NCBI GenBank assembly: GCA_902538185.1
Contig: CACBED010000002.1
Span: 1 to 58,958 of the forward strand
Direction of reading: 5' to 3'
DNA: 58,958 nt
DNA from: an uncultured OCS116 cluster bacterium
GTDB taxonomy: Bacteria; Pseudomonadota; Alphaproteobacteria; Rhizobiales; TMED25
Part shown: in pieces, positions 27,473 to 37,125 of the stretch
Position numbering within the stretch: the first letter of the stretch is position 1
Layout of the letters: the number at the start of each line of letters is the position of its first letter
Translations under genes and position numbers: made by a program
The notes under the pieces: model-generated
Databases searched by the model: none
What the model was told of the DNA's origin: nothing
What the model saw: the letters and a program-made list of their open reading frames with translations, nothing else

Positions 27473-28441
27473 ATGGATTCAAGAAAAATTATACCAATAG
27501 CAACAATTGCAATACTCCTATTTTTTCCACTAATTCAGTTCTTCCCTTCACTATTTGGTGATCAGAATTATGTAATTCATCTGATGCTATATGCTTTTTA
27601 TTATATGGTAATGACAAGTAGCTGGAATATAATTGGAGGTTATGGAGGTTTTATTTCTGTAGGTCATAATGCCTTCTTATGTATCGGAGCTTATATTGCT
27701 GGGTATTATTCTATTATGTGGGGTATTTCTCCATTCTACCTGATATTACTTGCAGGAATTGGTGCTGGTATTTTTGGTTTTTTTGTTGGTTTAATTACAC
27801 TTCGTGTCAAAGGACCATCATTTATTATATCATCTATAGCTCTAATAATGATACTAAGAATAATATTCGATAGGTGGGAATTAGTTGGTGGTGCAAGCGG
27901 AATAACATTACCCTATAACTCCTTATCAGTAGAATTCTCAAAATTTCCTCATTATTATGGATTTCTTGCACTCGCTATAATAACAATATATATGAATTGG
28001 TATGTGAGGCATTCAAAATTTGGTCTTGCTCTAAGAGCTATCTCACATGATGAAATAAGAAGCGCTGTTGCGGGTATCAATGTTAAATATATAAAAGTTA
28101 CAGCATTTGTACTATCCACATTCTTTATAGGCTGTGCTGGGGCTATATGGGCTGACTATTTAACATATGTTAGGCCAAATATTTTTTTAATAATATTAAT
28201 TGCTGCAAATGTTGTTTTGATGGTGATACTCGGAGGTATGGGCACTGTCACGGGACCTATTGTTGGCACGATTATATTCATTGCTTTTAATGAGTTAATA
28301 TTATCATACCTAGGTGCCACTGAATTAAATTTATTATTTACTGGATTACTTCTTGTTATAACATTATTATATTTTCCGAATGGTATTGTTGGTACTCTAA
28401 AAAATAAAGGAAAGTTACCAAGATTTCTTGATTGGGGATAA
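27473..28441 (+). CDS. livM: Liv-type ABC permease (LivM family)
   Basis: 'SWNIIGGYGGFISVGH', 'LRVKG', 'SKFGLALRAI', 'ILGGMGT', 'FPNGIVG'. Confidence 0.92.
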   Translation: MDSRKIIPIATIAILLFFPLIQFFPSLFGDQNYVIHLMLYAFYYMVMTSSWNIIGGYGGFISVGHNAFLCIGAYIAGYYSIMWGISPFYLILLAGIGAGIFGFFVGLITLRVKGPSFIISSIALIMILRIIFDRWELVGGASGITLPYNSLSVEFSKFPHYYGFLALAIITIYMNWYVRHSKFGLALRAISHDEIRSAVAGINVKYIKVTAFVLSTFFIGCAGAIWADYLTYVRPNIFLIILIAANVVLMVILGGMGTVTGPIVGTIIFIAFNELILSYLGATELNLLFTGLLLVITLLYFPNGIVGTLKNKGKLPRFLDWG

Positions 28442-28462
28442 AATCCTTATTATATCAACCTA

Positions 28463-30214
28463 ATGAATGCATATAATATGAAAGAACTTAGTTCGTCCAG
28501 AAGGTTCTGGAATGAGTATATCAAGGTTTACAGACTCAAAATAATTATATCTATCCTACTAATTGCCGTAGTCGCAATAAGTTCGAGCTTTTATCCGTTA
28601 ACAATAAATTGGAGTTTTAAACTAATAGAAGAAGGTAATGGAAAATTCTTATTTATAGTAGTACTTATTGTTCCATTTATAGCACTTTTGAGGGGGTTGT
28701 CTAATTACTTACAAATATTATTAGTAAATAAGACTGCATTGAATATTGTTGGGGATCTTCAAAAAAAAATTTACGAAAAAATTATACAATCAAATATAGA
28801 AACTATTGAAGATAATGGTGCTGGTAATTTAATATCAAGACTGTCCAACGATACGACATTAATACTGGAAGCACTTGAAAGACTGATGAATAGTCTATTA
28901 AAAGATGGTTTAACCGGACTTGTTCTCTTAATTACAATGATATATCTTGATTGGAAGCTGGCAATTATAATTTGCCTCCTTTTGCCCATTATCGCATTAC
29001 CAATATATAAAATAGGTAAAAAAGTGAATAGTATTTCAAAGGGGGCGCAAATACAAATTGGAAAATTTACTAATTTATTAAATCAAAGCTTTCATAATAT
29101 TCATACAATAAAATCTTTTCAACTTGAAAATCGTGAGATTCAAAATACCAATCAAGAAATCGAGAGAAGAATATTCAATTTGTACAAATTAACTAAATAT
29201 CGAGCAATAATGAGCCCTATTATTGAAGTTTTAGCAGGTATTTTTATAGGTCTTCTCTTGACCTTTGCAGGTTATCAGATATTAGAGGGTAATAGCTCAT
29301 TAGGTCAACTGACAGCATTTATAACAGCTCTATTGATGATCTCAGATCCAATAAGAAGAATAAGTACATTAAATTCCGTTTATCAGGAAGGCCTTGCTGC
29401 CGTTGACAGAGTTTATGGATTATACAGTAATTGCAACATCATTGCGGATAAGCCCGACTCCGTCGTTTTTCCAATAGATTATGACCTGCTTAGGTTTGAG
29501 AATGTATCCTTCAAATATAAATCAGACCAACGGAGTGTATTAAATAATATAACTTTTACAATTAAAGAGGGTACTAGAAATTATATAATTGGAGAAAGTG
29601 GTGCTGGTAAATCAACAATATTTAAATTATTAATTAGACTCCACGAAGCCAAATCTGGTGATATCAAGTTTGGAAACACAGATATCGAAGATATTCAGAT
29701 TAAATCATTGAGATCGTGCGTATCCATTGTCTCACAAAACACCTTTATTTTTAATGATACGCTTAAAAATAATATAAATCTAAATCAGAATGCAAGTTCT
29801 GAAAATATTGATTTTCATAAATTAATGGACGATCTAAATATTAATAACTTTGCGGATAAATTACCAAATAAATATGACACAAAAATTGGTATTGATGGAA
29901 TATCTCTCTCAGGAGGTGAGTTGCAGAGGCTTGCCATTGCAAGGGCGATATATAAGAATGCACCATTGTTATTATTAGATGAGGCAACAAATTCATTAGA
30001 CTCGATAAATGAGATCGAAATAAACAAAACATTGGATAAATATTTCACAGATAAAACTGTTCTTATCATCGCACATAAGCTTGAGACTATAAAAGATGCG
30101 GATAATATAATTGTACTGAAAGATGGGAATATGGTTGGTGCAGGAAAATATGAAGATCTAGAAGAAAACAATGAGTATTTTCAAGATTTAATCAATTCAT
30201 CATTTCTAAAATAG
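28463..30214 (+). CDS. msbA: MsbA-like ABC exporter (TMD-NBD fusion)
   Basis: N-terminal TM domain ('GNLISRLSND'), GESGAGKST, LSGGELQR, 'LLDEATNSLD', 'IIAH'. Orthology to the lipid A flippase is not proven. Confidence 0.75.
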   Translation: MNAYNMKELSSSRRFWNEYIKVYRLKIIISILLIAVVAISSSFYPLTINWSFKLIEEGNGKFLFIVVLIVPFIALLRGLSNYLQILLVNKTALNIVGDLQKKIYEKIIQSNIETIEDNGAGNLISRLSNDTTLILEALERLMNSLLKDGLTGLVLLITMIYLDWKLAIIICLLLPIIALPIYKIGKKVNSISKGAQIQIGKFTNLLNQSFHNIHTIKSFQLENREIQNTNQEIERRIFNLYKLTKYRAIMSPIIEVLAGIFIGLLLTFAGYQILEGNSSLGQLTAFITALLMISDPIRRISTLNSVYQEGLAAVDRVYGLYSNCNIIADKPDSVVFPIDYDLLRFENVSFKYKSDQRSVLNNITFTIKEGTRNYIIGESGAGKSTIFKLLIRLHEAKSGDIKFGNTDIEDIQIKSLRSCVSIVSQNTFIFNDTLKNNINLNQNASSENIDFHKLMDDLNINNFADKLPNKYDTKIGIDGISLSGGELQRLAIARAIYKNAPLLLLDEATNSLDSINEIEINKTLDKYFTDKTVLIIAHKLETIKDADNIIVLKDGNMVGAGKYEDLEENNEYFQDLINSSFLK

Positions 30215-30396
30215 AGTTAATTATTAGTTTTTTATTTTTTGCACACTGTCGAGGTATTAGCAATTAAGGCTATTCCTTTTTATCAACATTTATTGGGTAT
30301 AATAAAATAAATCACAAGTATAATATTATTGTCTTATAAGTTTTAGAATTATACTTTGTTTATTTATTTTTATACTTTTTATTTTATAATTAAAAA

Positions 30397-30996
30397 ATGC
30401 GAAATTTTACTTATAAATATATCATAATTATATCTTTTGCATTGATTATTACATTAAGCTCATGCAGCTCTTGGTTTAAAGTGGAAAATAACCCTCAAGT
30501 ATACGGAAAGTATGACCATGTACCACAGGGGGGAGGGCATTACAAAGTTGGCGAACCATATGAAATTAATGGGAAATGGTACTATCCGGAAGTCGATAAT
30601 GATTACGACCAAGTGGGGATAGCTTCGTGGTATGGAGATTATTTTCACGGCAGATTAACCGCAAATGGTGAGTATTACGATATGAATGCATTATCCGCTG
30701 CGCATAAAACTCTACCATTGCCATCTTATTTACGAGTTACAAATCTTGAAAATAACAAATCAATTATAGTCCGTTTAAATGATAGGGGACCATACATTGG
30801 TGACAGAATAATAGATTTATCAAAAAGAGCTGCTTCAGAATTAGAAATGTTAAACAAAGGCACTGCAAGAGTCAGGGTCCAATACATCGAGGTAGCTCCG
30901 CTCGACGGCAATCAAGGAAATTACTTTAACAACACTAAACCTGGTTTTCTTCGAAAAATCTGGAGAGCCACATCATCAGCATTAACGGATCTATAA
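30397..30996 (+). CDS. rlpA: Septal ring lytic transglycosylase RlpA family lipoprotein (DPBB domain only)
   Basis: Lipobox LSSC, 'YKVGEPY', 'GIASWYG', 'TANGE', 'AAHKTLPLPS', 'NDRGP', 'IIDLS'. Confidence 0.93.
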   Translation: MRNFTYKYIIIISFALIITLSSCSSWFKVENNPQVYGKYDHVPQGGGHYKVGEPYEINGKWYYPEVDNDYDQVGIASWYGDYFHGRLTANGEYYDMNALSAAHKTLPLPSYLRVTNLENNKSIIVRLNDRGPYIGDRIIDLSKRAASELEMLNKGTARVRVQYIEVAPLDGNQGNYFNNTKPGFLRKIWRATSSALTDL

Positions 30997-31000
30997 TAAA

Positions 31001-31633
31001 ATGTCACAGAATAGCTTATTAATAACATTTGAAGGTGGCGAGGGAAGCGGTAAAACTACTCAGTCACAAATACTATATAATGCCTTAAAAGAAAAAGGGT
31101 TTGAGGTTATAAAAACTCGAGAGCCAGGTGGCACCAAATTTGCCGAAATAATACGTGAGATATTGGTTCAAGGAGAGTCAAATAAAATTAATAATATAAG
31201 CGAGTTATTGCTTTTTGCCGCCGCAAGGGCAGATCATGTTCAAAAACTGATAAAAGAATGCCTTAAAGATAATAAAATTGTCATTTGCGATAGATTTACC
31301 GATTCAACACTCGCATATCAAGGTTATGCGGGAAACTTAGATTTAGACCTAGTAAAGGAGGTAAATAGAATATCAATTGGTGAAATTTCTCCGGATCTTA
31401 CCTTTGTTTTCGATATAGATCCAACACTAGGAATTGAAAGGGCGCTAGGGGAGAATAACAAAGAGACAAGATTCGAAGAAAAAGATATTATGTATCATAA
31501 AAAGATAAGAGATGGGTATATGGACATAGCTAGAGATAATCCAGATAGATGTGTTGTTATAGATGGAACTAATGGTATAGAACAAATATCAAAAAATATT
31601 TTGGAATTGACCCTAGATAAAATAAATGAATGA
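31001..31633 (+). CDS. tmk: Thymidylate kinase
   Basis: 'TFEGGEGSGKTT', 'TREPGG', 'CDRFTDSTLAYQG'. Confidence 0.96.
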   Translation: MSQNSLLITFEGGEGSGKTTQSQILYNALKEKGFEVIKTREPGGTKFAEIIREILVQGESNKINNISELLLFAAARADHVQKLIKECLKDNKIVICDRFTDSTLAYQGYAGNLDLDLVKEVNRISIGEISPDLTFVFDIDPTLGIERALGENNKETRFEEKDIMYHKKIRDGYMDIARDNPDRCVVIDGTNGIEQISKNILELTLDKINE

Positions 31634-32627
31634 AATTAATAAGCCATGGCAGAATGAATTATTTATTGGGCACCAACCAATTATTAGTCAACTAGATCGG
31701 CTAAAAAATAATAACTCCCTCAATAACACACTTCTTTTTAGTGGTCCGATTGGTATAGGAAAATGTACTCTCGCGTTTAGATATACGAACTATATATTTT
31801 CTGATATTGACTCGTCTTTTATGGATTATAAGCAAATAAATAATTGTATTTCCAGCCAAATATCAAATCACTCGTATCCAAATCTGCATTACATATCTAA
31901 TGCTGATGAGAGTGGTAGCTCGCTTGAAATAAAAATTGAAGAAATTAGAAAGCTTAAAGAACACCTTACTGGAAAATTACTAAATGGTGGTTATCGCGTG
32001 ATAATTATAGATACGATCAATGATTTGAATAAATCAGCACAAAATGCACTATTAAAAATACTGGAAGAGCCACCGGTTAATACATTATTTATATTAATCA
32101 CACACAATATTAGCAAGGTACCAGATACAATCTTATCCAGATGTCTGAAATTTAATTTTAAAAACTTATCAATTGCTGATACCAAACAAGTTATTACTCA
32201 CCTTAGCCATGAGATGAACACAGAACAAATCATTGATATGTATGGAATGAATGCATCACCTGGAAAGATTGTTAATCTAATGAATAACAATTTTGAAGAA
32301 ATTATTCAGGATTTTAATGATTTAATAAATTCAAAAAATATAAACGAAAAAAACGTCTTAAAAATTATTAAGTATTATTCAAAAAAAGAGAATTTAGTTT
32401 CATTTAATATATTGTTTGAACTTTTTATGATTTGGTTGAAGAAAAATGCTATTAGTTTCTTAGCAAATTTAAATGAGGATTATAAACTATATGAATTACT
32501 TGGTTATTGGGATAACTATTCGGACAAGTATAATAATTTAAATATCTTTAACCTGAGCAGGGAAGAGCTTTTGCTAAATATTCATAGAGATGTATGGCGT
32601 TTATCAAATAGGAAAATAGATGGGTAA
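31626..32627 (+). CDS. holB: DNA polymerase III subunit delta'
   Basis: 'LLFSGPIGIGK', 'NALLKILEEPP', 'TILSRC'; follows tmk. Confidence 0.92.
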   Translation: MNEINKPWQNELFIGHQPIISQLDRLKNNNSLNNTLLFSGPIGIGKCTLAFRYTNYIFSDIDSSFMDYKQINNCISSQISNHSYPNLHYISNADESGSSLEIKIEEIRKLKEHLTGKLLNGGYRVIIIDTINDLNKSAQNALLKILEEPPVNTLFILITHNISKVPDTILSRCLKFNFKNLSIADTKQVITHLSHEMNTEQIIDMYGMNASPGKIVNLMNNNFEEIIQDFNDLINSKNINEKNVLKIIKYYSKKENLVSFNILFELFMIWLKKNAISFLANLNEDYKLYELLGYWDNYSDKYNNLNIFNLSREELLLNIHRDVWRLSNRKIDG

Positions 32628-34164
32628 AGAAAAGAAAACTTTTTATTTAACAACTGCAATTTCATATCCAAATGGTGAGCCACACATTGGCCATGCTTAC
32701 GAAGCGATAATCACAGATACGATCGCAAGATACCACAGACTTTTTGAAAAAAATGTTAAGTTTCTTACGGGCACGGATGAGCACGGGATCAAAATGCTTC
32801 AAACGGCAAAAAAATTGAATTTAACAGCCAAGCAGCTTGCAGATAAAAACGCACCATTATTTATGAAAATGCTGAACGAAGTCAATTCTACGCATGATGA
32901 TTTCATAAGGACGACTGAAGACAGGCACAAAATTGCATGCATAGAAATTTGGAATAGGATGTCTCAGAATGATGATATATATAAGGGTAAATATGCGGGC
33001 TGGTATTCTATTCGAGATGAGGCTTACTATGAAGAAAAAGAGTTAACTAAAAAAAATGGCCAATTCTATTCTCCGCAGGGAACCGAAGTTACGTGGGTAG
33101 AAGAGGAGAGTTATTTCTTTAGATTATCTAAATATCAGGATAGACTTCTAGAGCATTATAAAAATAATCCGAAATTCATTTTACCAGAAAGCAGAAAAAA
33201 TGAAGTTATTAAATTTGTGCAATCTGGCCTAAAGGATTTATCTATATCACGGACAACTTTTGATTGGGGTATCAATGTGCCAAATGATGATAGTCATGTA
33301 ATGTATGTATGGGTCGACGCTTTAACGAATTATTTAACTGGTGTTAATTTTCCAAGCGAGAAATATAAAAACTATTGGCCAGCAAATTATCATATAATTG
33401 GAAAAGATATATTAAGGTTTCATGCTGTTTATTGGCCAGCGTTTCTATTATCTGCAAATATCGAACTGCCTCTAACAGTATTTGCCCACGGTTTTCTATT
33501 CAATAGAGGTGTCAAAATGTCAAAGTCTTTGGGAAATGTTGTCAGCCCAGGAGAGTTGATAGAGAAATATGGCATTGATCAATTGAGATACTTCTTTTTA
33601 CGGGAGGTATCGATGGGAAATGATGGAAATTATGATGATGAAAGTATATCGAGAAGGGTAAATGCAGACCTAGCAAATGATTTAGGGAACCTAATACAGA
33701 GGTCATGCTCAATGGTACAAAAGAATTGTAATGGAATTATTCCATCAATTTCTTCTAAGTTTAATGATGATGATCTTAATATAAACTCAAATGTGGTCAG
33801 TCTTGTTAACAGAGTAGAAATTTTAGTGGAAACACTTGAGTTTAATAAAATATTATCAGAAATATGGGAACAAATTTCAAATTTAAATAAATATTTTTCA
33901 GATCAAAGGCCATGGGAGTTACGAAAAAATAATAATGAAAGAATGCAGACCGTGCTATTCATCACTCTTAATAATATAAGAAAAATTGCAATAATGCTGC
34001 TTCCAGTCATGCCAATATCATCAGAAAAAATTTTAAACTTATTAAATATCAATGATACAGATCGTACCTTCAAGTCTATTACAGATGAACATATAGATAT
34101 AAGCGGCAATAGACTAGGGGAGGTTACGCCAATATTCCCAAAAGTTGAAATTAGCGATGAATAA
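32620..34164 (+). CDS. metG: Methionine--tRNA ligase
   Basis: HIGH ('PHIGH'), 'GTDEHG', 'YVWVDAL', 'KMSKS'. Confidence 0.97.
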   Translation: MGKEKKTFYLTTAISYPNGEPHIGHAYEAIITDTIARYHRLFEKNVKFLTGTDEHGIKMLQTAKKLNLTAKQLADKNAPLFMKMLNEVNSTHDDFIRTTEDRHKIACIEIWNRMSQNDDIYKGKYAGWYSIRDEAYYEEKELTKKNGQFYSPQGTEVTWVEEESYFFRLSKYQDRLLEHYKNNPKFILPESRKNEVIKFVQSGLKDLSISRTTFDWGINVPNDDSHVMYVWVDALTNYLTGVNFPSEKYKNYWPANYHIIGKDILRFHAVYWPAFLLSANIELPLTVFAHGFLFNRGVKMSKSLGNVVSPGELIEKYGIDQLRYFFLREVSMGNDGNYDDESISRRVNADLANDLGNLIQRSCSMVQKNCNGIIPSISSKFNDDDLNINSNVVSLVNRVEILVETLEFNKILSEIWEQISNLNKYFSDQRPWELRKNNNERMQTVLFITLNNIRKIAIMLLPVMPISSEKILNLLNINDTDRTFKSITDEHIDISGNRLGEVTPIFPKVEISDE

Positions 34165-34957
34165 AAAATATGATTTTCTAATTGATACACACTGTCATCT
34201 TGATTTTGATGACTATGTTTCAGATATTGATGCTGTAGTCAAAAACGCATTTAATGCTAATGTGAGATATCTAATAACCATATCTACCAAATTTAAGCTT
34301 TTTCATAAGATTGAAAACTTGGTATCCCGTTTTGATAATATTTATTGTAGCGTGGGAACGCACCCTTTATACATAGATGATGAGTACGCAAGCTATACAT
34401 CATCTGATCTTTTAGACGTATGCAATAATAGTAAAGTTGTTGCAATTGGTGAATGTGGTTTAGATTACTCCAAGCTAAAATACGATAATAAAAAAGAGCA
34501 AGAGTCAATGTTTCGATTGCAAATTGAATGCTCGAATGTTAGTGGGTTGCCATTTATAATTCATAATAGAAATTCAGATGAGGATATGGAGCGGATATTG
34601 CTAGATGAAGCAAAAAAAAATAAATTAAGAGGTGTTCTTCATTGCTTTAGTTCATCCGAAAGACTTGCAATGGTTGCAATAGATTTAGGCCTAAGCATAT
34701 CATTCACCGGAATCATTACATTTAAAAATGCTAATTCAGTAAGAGATATTCTTCGAAAAATTCCAAATGATAGGATATTCGTTGAAACAGACTCACCTTT
34801 TTTAGCCCCAATGCCTCATCGTGGAAAAAGAAATGAACCATCATATATAACAAAAATAGTTGATAAAATATCTGAGGTTAAGCAACTACCAATAGCTGAA
34901 GTTATTGACCTAACAACTAAGAATAGTCTGAAATTTTTTGATAAGATTAAAGTATGA
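34157..34957 (+). CDS. tatD: TatD family hydrolase
   Basis: 'DTHCHL', 'GECGLDY', 'LHCF', 'ETDSPFLAP', 'RNEP'. Confidence 0.93.
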   Translation: MNKKYDFLIDTHCHLDFDDYVSDIDAVVKNAFNANVRYLITISTKFKLFHKIENLVSRFDNIYCSVGTHPLYIDDEYASYTSSDLLDVCNNSKVVAIGECGLDYSKLKYDNKKEQESMFRLQIECSNVSGLPFIIHNRNSDEDMERILLDEAKKNKLRGVLHCFSSSERLAMVAIDLGLSISFTGIITFKNANSVRDILRKIPNDRIFVETDSPFLAPMPHRGKRNEPSYITKIVDKISEVKQLPIAEVIDLTTKNSLKFFDKIKV

Positions 34958-35751
34958 CAAAAAATAATACAAAGATTACAATACTCGGCTGTGGCTCATC
35001 GACAGGTGTACCACGCGTTGGTAACGAATGGGGGGCATGCAATCCAAAAATTATTGAGAATAATCGTAGCAGATGCTCAATTTTAATAGAAAAAATTAAT
35101 GAAAATGACATTACTTCTGTAATTGTGGATACTGGTCCAGACTTCAGGAGTCAAGTGAACAGAGAGAACATAAAGAAAATTGACGCTGTTTTTTACACAC
35201 ATGAACATGCTGATCACACTCATGGCATTGATGATCTCAGAATGTATGCACTCAGGGATAAAAAAAGAGTTGATGTTTTTGCTTCTGCCGCAACATCGGA
35301 AAATCTTAAGCAAAAATTCGGTTATTGTTTTGATACAAAGATTGGAAGCGGTTACCCACCAATCTTAAACCTTAATTTGATTGAGCATGGGAAAATATAC
35401 AACATCGAGGGTGAGGGTGGCAATATAGGTATTATGCCAATAAATCAAGTACATGGAAATATTAATTCTTTTGGATACAAAATTGAAAATATAGTGTATT
35501 CATCTGATATTAGTGAATTACCAAATGAGTCTATACAGTATATAAAAAATTGCGAAATATGGATAGTAGACGCATTGCGTTGGAATCCTCACCCAACTCA
35601 TTTCCATGTAGACAAAGTATTACAATTAGTTACAGATTTAAATGTAGAACGTGCAATACTTACAAATATGCACATAGACTTGGATTACAAACAACTATGT
35701 GATTATTTACCAGAAAACATTATACCAGCATATGATGGTATGCAGATTTAA
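34954..35751 (+). CDS. MBL-fold metallo-hydrolase (PhnP-like)
   Basis: 'LGCGSSTGVP', 'DTGPDFR', HxHxDH motif 'THEHADHTHGIDD'. Conserved position after tatD. Confidence 0.92.
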   Translation: MTKNNTKITILGCGSSTGVPRVGNEWGACNPKIIENNRSRCSILIEKINENDITSVIVDTGPDFRSQVNRENIKKIDAVFYTHEHADHTHGIDDLRMYALRDKKRVDVFASAATSENLKQKFGYCFDTKIGSGYPPILNLNLIEHGKIYNIEGEGGNIGIMPINQVHGNINSFGYKIENIVYSSDISELPNESIQYIKNCEIWIVDALRWNPHPTHFHVDKVLQLVTDLNVERAILTNMHIDLDYKQLCDYLPENIIPAYDGMQI

Positions 35752-35791
35752 TTAATTCACTTAACATATTGATATTATTGTATTATATATT

Positions 35792-35819
35792 GCATTCCAT
35801 AATATATATTATGCGAATA
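35792..35819 (-). other. dif: dif site (XerC/XerD chromosome dimer resolution site)
   Basis: Minus strand TATTCGCATAA-TATATA-TTATGGAATGC: 11-6-11 layout with a CGCATAA XerC arm and a TTATG XerD arm. Intergenic, at the point where gene orientation converges. Confidence 0.88.
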
Positions 35820-35824
35820 TGTTG

Positions 35825-37105
35825 TTACATCGCTATTAACATGGATTGAAAGCGGGCATGATTTTTTTTTGATATTTTTAATTTAATATTTATATGATCT
35901 GAATTGTATTTTTTTTCTAATACAACTGCATTATCATACAACCACGACTCCATCGCCGATTTATCATATTCCAATTTAATTCTAAGAATTTCATAATTAT
36001 TATTTATTTTTTTCTCAATCGCTTCATATAAATCACCTATGCCCTGCCCCGTTGATGCAGACATCATTACTTGATTATTTGCCATATTTCTTTTAATTAA
36101 CTCAGAGTAGCCTTCGTCAATTAGATCTATTTTATTCAATATTTCAAGATAATTGTTATCATTTATCTCTCTGCCAATCTCTTCGATAGTGTTAATTACA
36201 TCTACGTTTTGTGCTTCTGTATATCTTGACGAGATATCTCGCACATTTATCAGTAAATCTGCATAATTTATTTCTTCTAAGGTTGATCTAAAGGACATTA
36301 TTAGTTCTGTTGGGAGCTCTGAGATGAAACCTACAGTATCTGTTATAATTATATTTTTAAGATTACCCTTATTAAGTTTTTTCATCTTCGTATCAAGAGT
36401 GGCAAATAACATATTCTTTGATAATACATTCTCATTTGTTAATTTATTAAACAACGTAGATTTTCCTGCATTTGTATAACCCACAAGAGCAATTATAAAA
36501 TAGGGCTTTTTATTTCGTTGGTTACGATGTAAGTTTCGCGTATTTTTAAAATCTTGTAATTTCTTCTTAATTTTTATAATTTGATTATTGATAAGCCTGC
36601 GATCTATTTCAAGCTGGGACTCCCCTGGCCCACCAATAAAACTGAGTGATCCTCTCTGCCTCTCCAAATGCGTCCATGACTTTACAAGCCTTGTTTTCTG
36701 ATATTCAAGCTGAGCTAACTCAACCTGTAAGGCACCTTCTCTTGTTGTTGCTCTCTTTTCAAAGATATCTAATATTAACCGTGTTCTATCAATAACCTTC
36801 ACAAGCAACCTCTTTTCTAAATTCCTTTGCTGTATGGGTGATAGTTTTCCATCAATTATCAGAAAATCTACATTCAGTTCTTTAATTTTATTATTTATTA
36901 GCTCAACTTGGCCATTATTAAATAATGTGGAGTTATTTGGTCTATCAATTTTATAGATTTTCTTGAATTCAACTTTTATTCCAAGTGAATGCGCAAGTAA
37001 AACGGCTTCATTTGTGCAATCAAAAGAGTCAATTGTACTGTTTTTCTTAAACCTACCACTCAACTCTGGATGGCAAACTATTGATTTAAGTGTTTTTTTT
37101 ATCAA
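35825..37105 (-). CDS. hflX: GTPase HflX
   Basis: 'LSPIQQRNLE', 'WTHLERQRG', 'GPGESQLEIDRR', 'GYTNAGKST', 'DTVGF', 'NKID'. TTG start. Confidence 0.96.
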   Translation of the reverse strand: MIKKTLKSIVCHPELSGRFKKNSTIDSFDCTNEAVLLAHSLGIKVEFKKIYKIDRPNNSTLFNNGQVELINNKIKELNVDFLIIDGKLSPIQQRNLEKRLLVKVIDRTRLILDIFEKRATTREGALQVELAQLEYQKTRLVKSWTHLERQRGSLSFIGGPGESQLEIDRRLINNQIIKIKKKLQDFKNTRNLHRNQRNKKPYFIIALVGYTNAGKSTLFNKLTNENVLSKNMLFATLDTKMKKLNKGNLKNIIITDTVGFISELPTELIMSFRSTLEEINYADLLINVRDISSRYTEAQNVDVINTIEEIGREINDNNYLEILNKIDLIDEGYSELIKRNMANNQVMMSASTGQGIGDLYEAIEKKINNNYEILRIKLEYDKSAMESWLYDNAVVLEKKYNSDHINIKLKISKKNHARFQSMLIAM

Positions 37106-37125
37106 TTTCTAAAATTATATTATTA

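Noticed and set aside
30215-30396. AT-rich spacer upstream of rlpA as an ncRNA or replication origin
   Set aside because: I saw no stable stem, riboswitch motif or DnaA-box cluster, and the window looks terminus-proximal.
34157-35751. TatD plus MBL hydrolase as an anti-phage system
   Set aside because: metG-tatD-MBL after tmk-holB is a conserved housekeeping arrangement in alphaproteobacteria.
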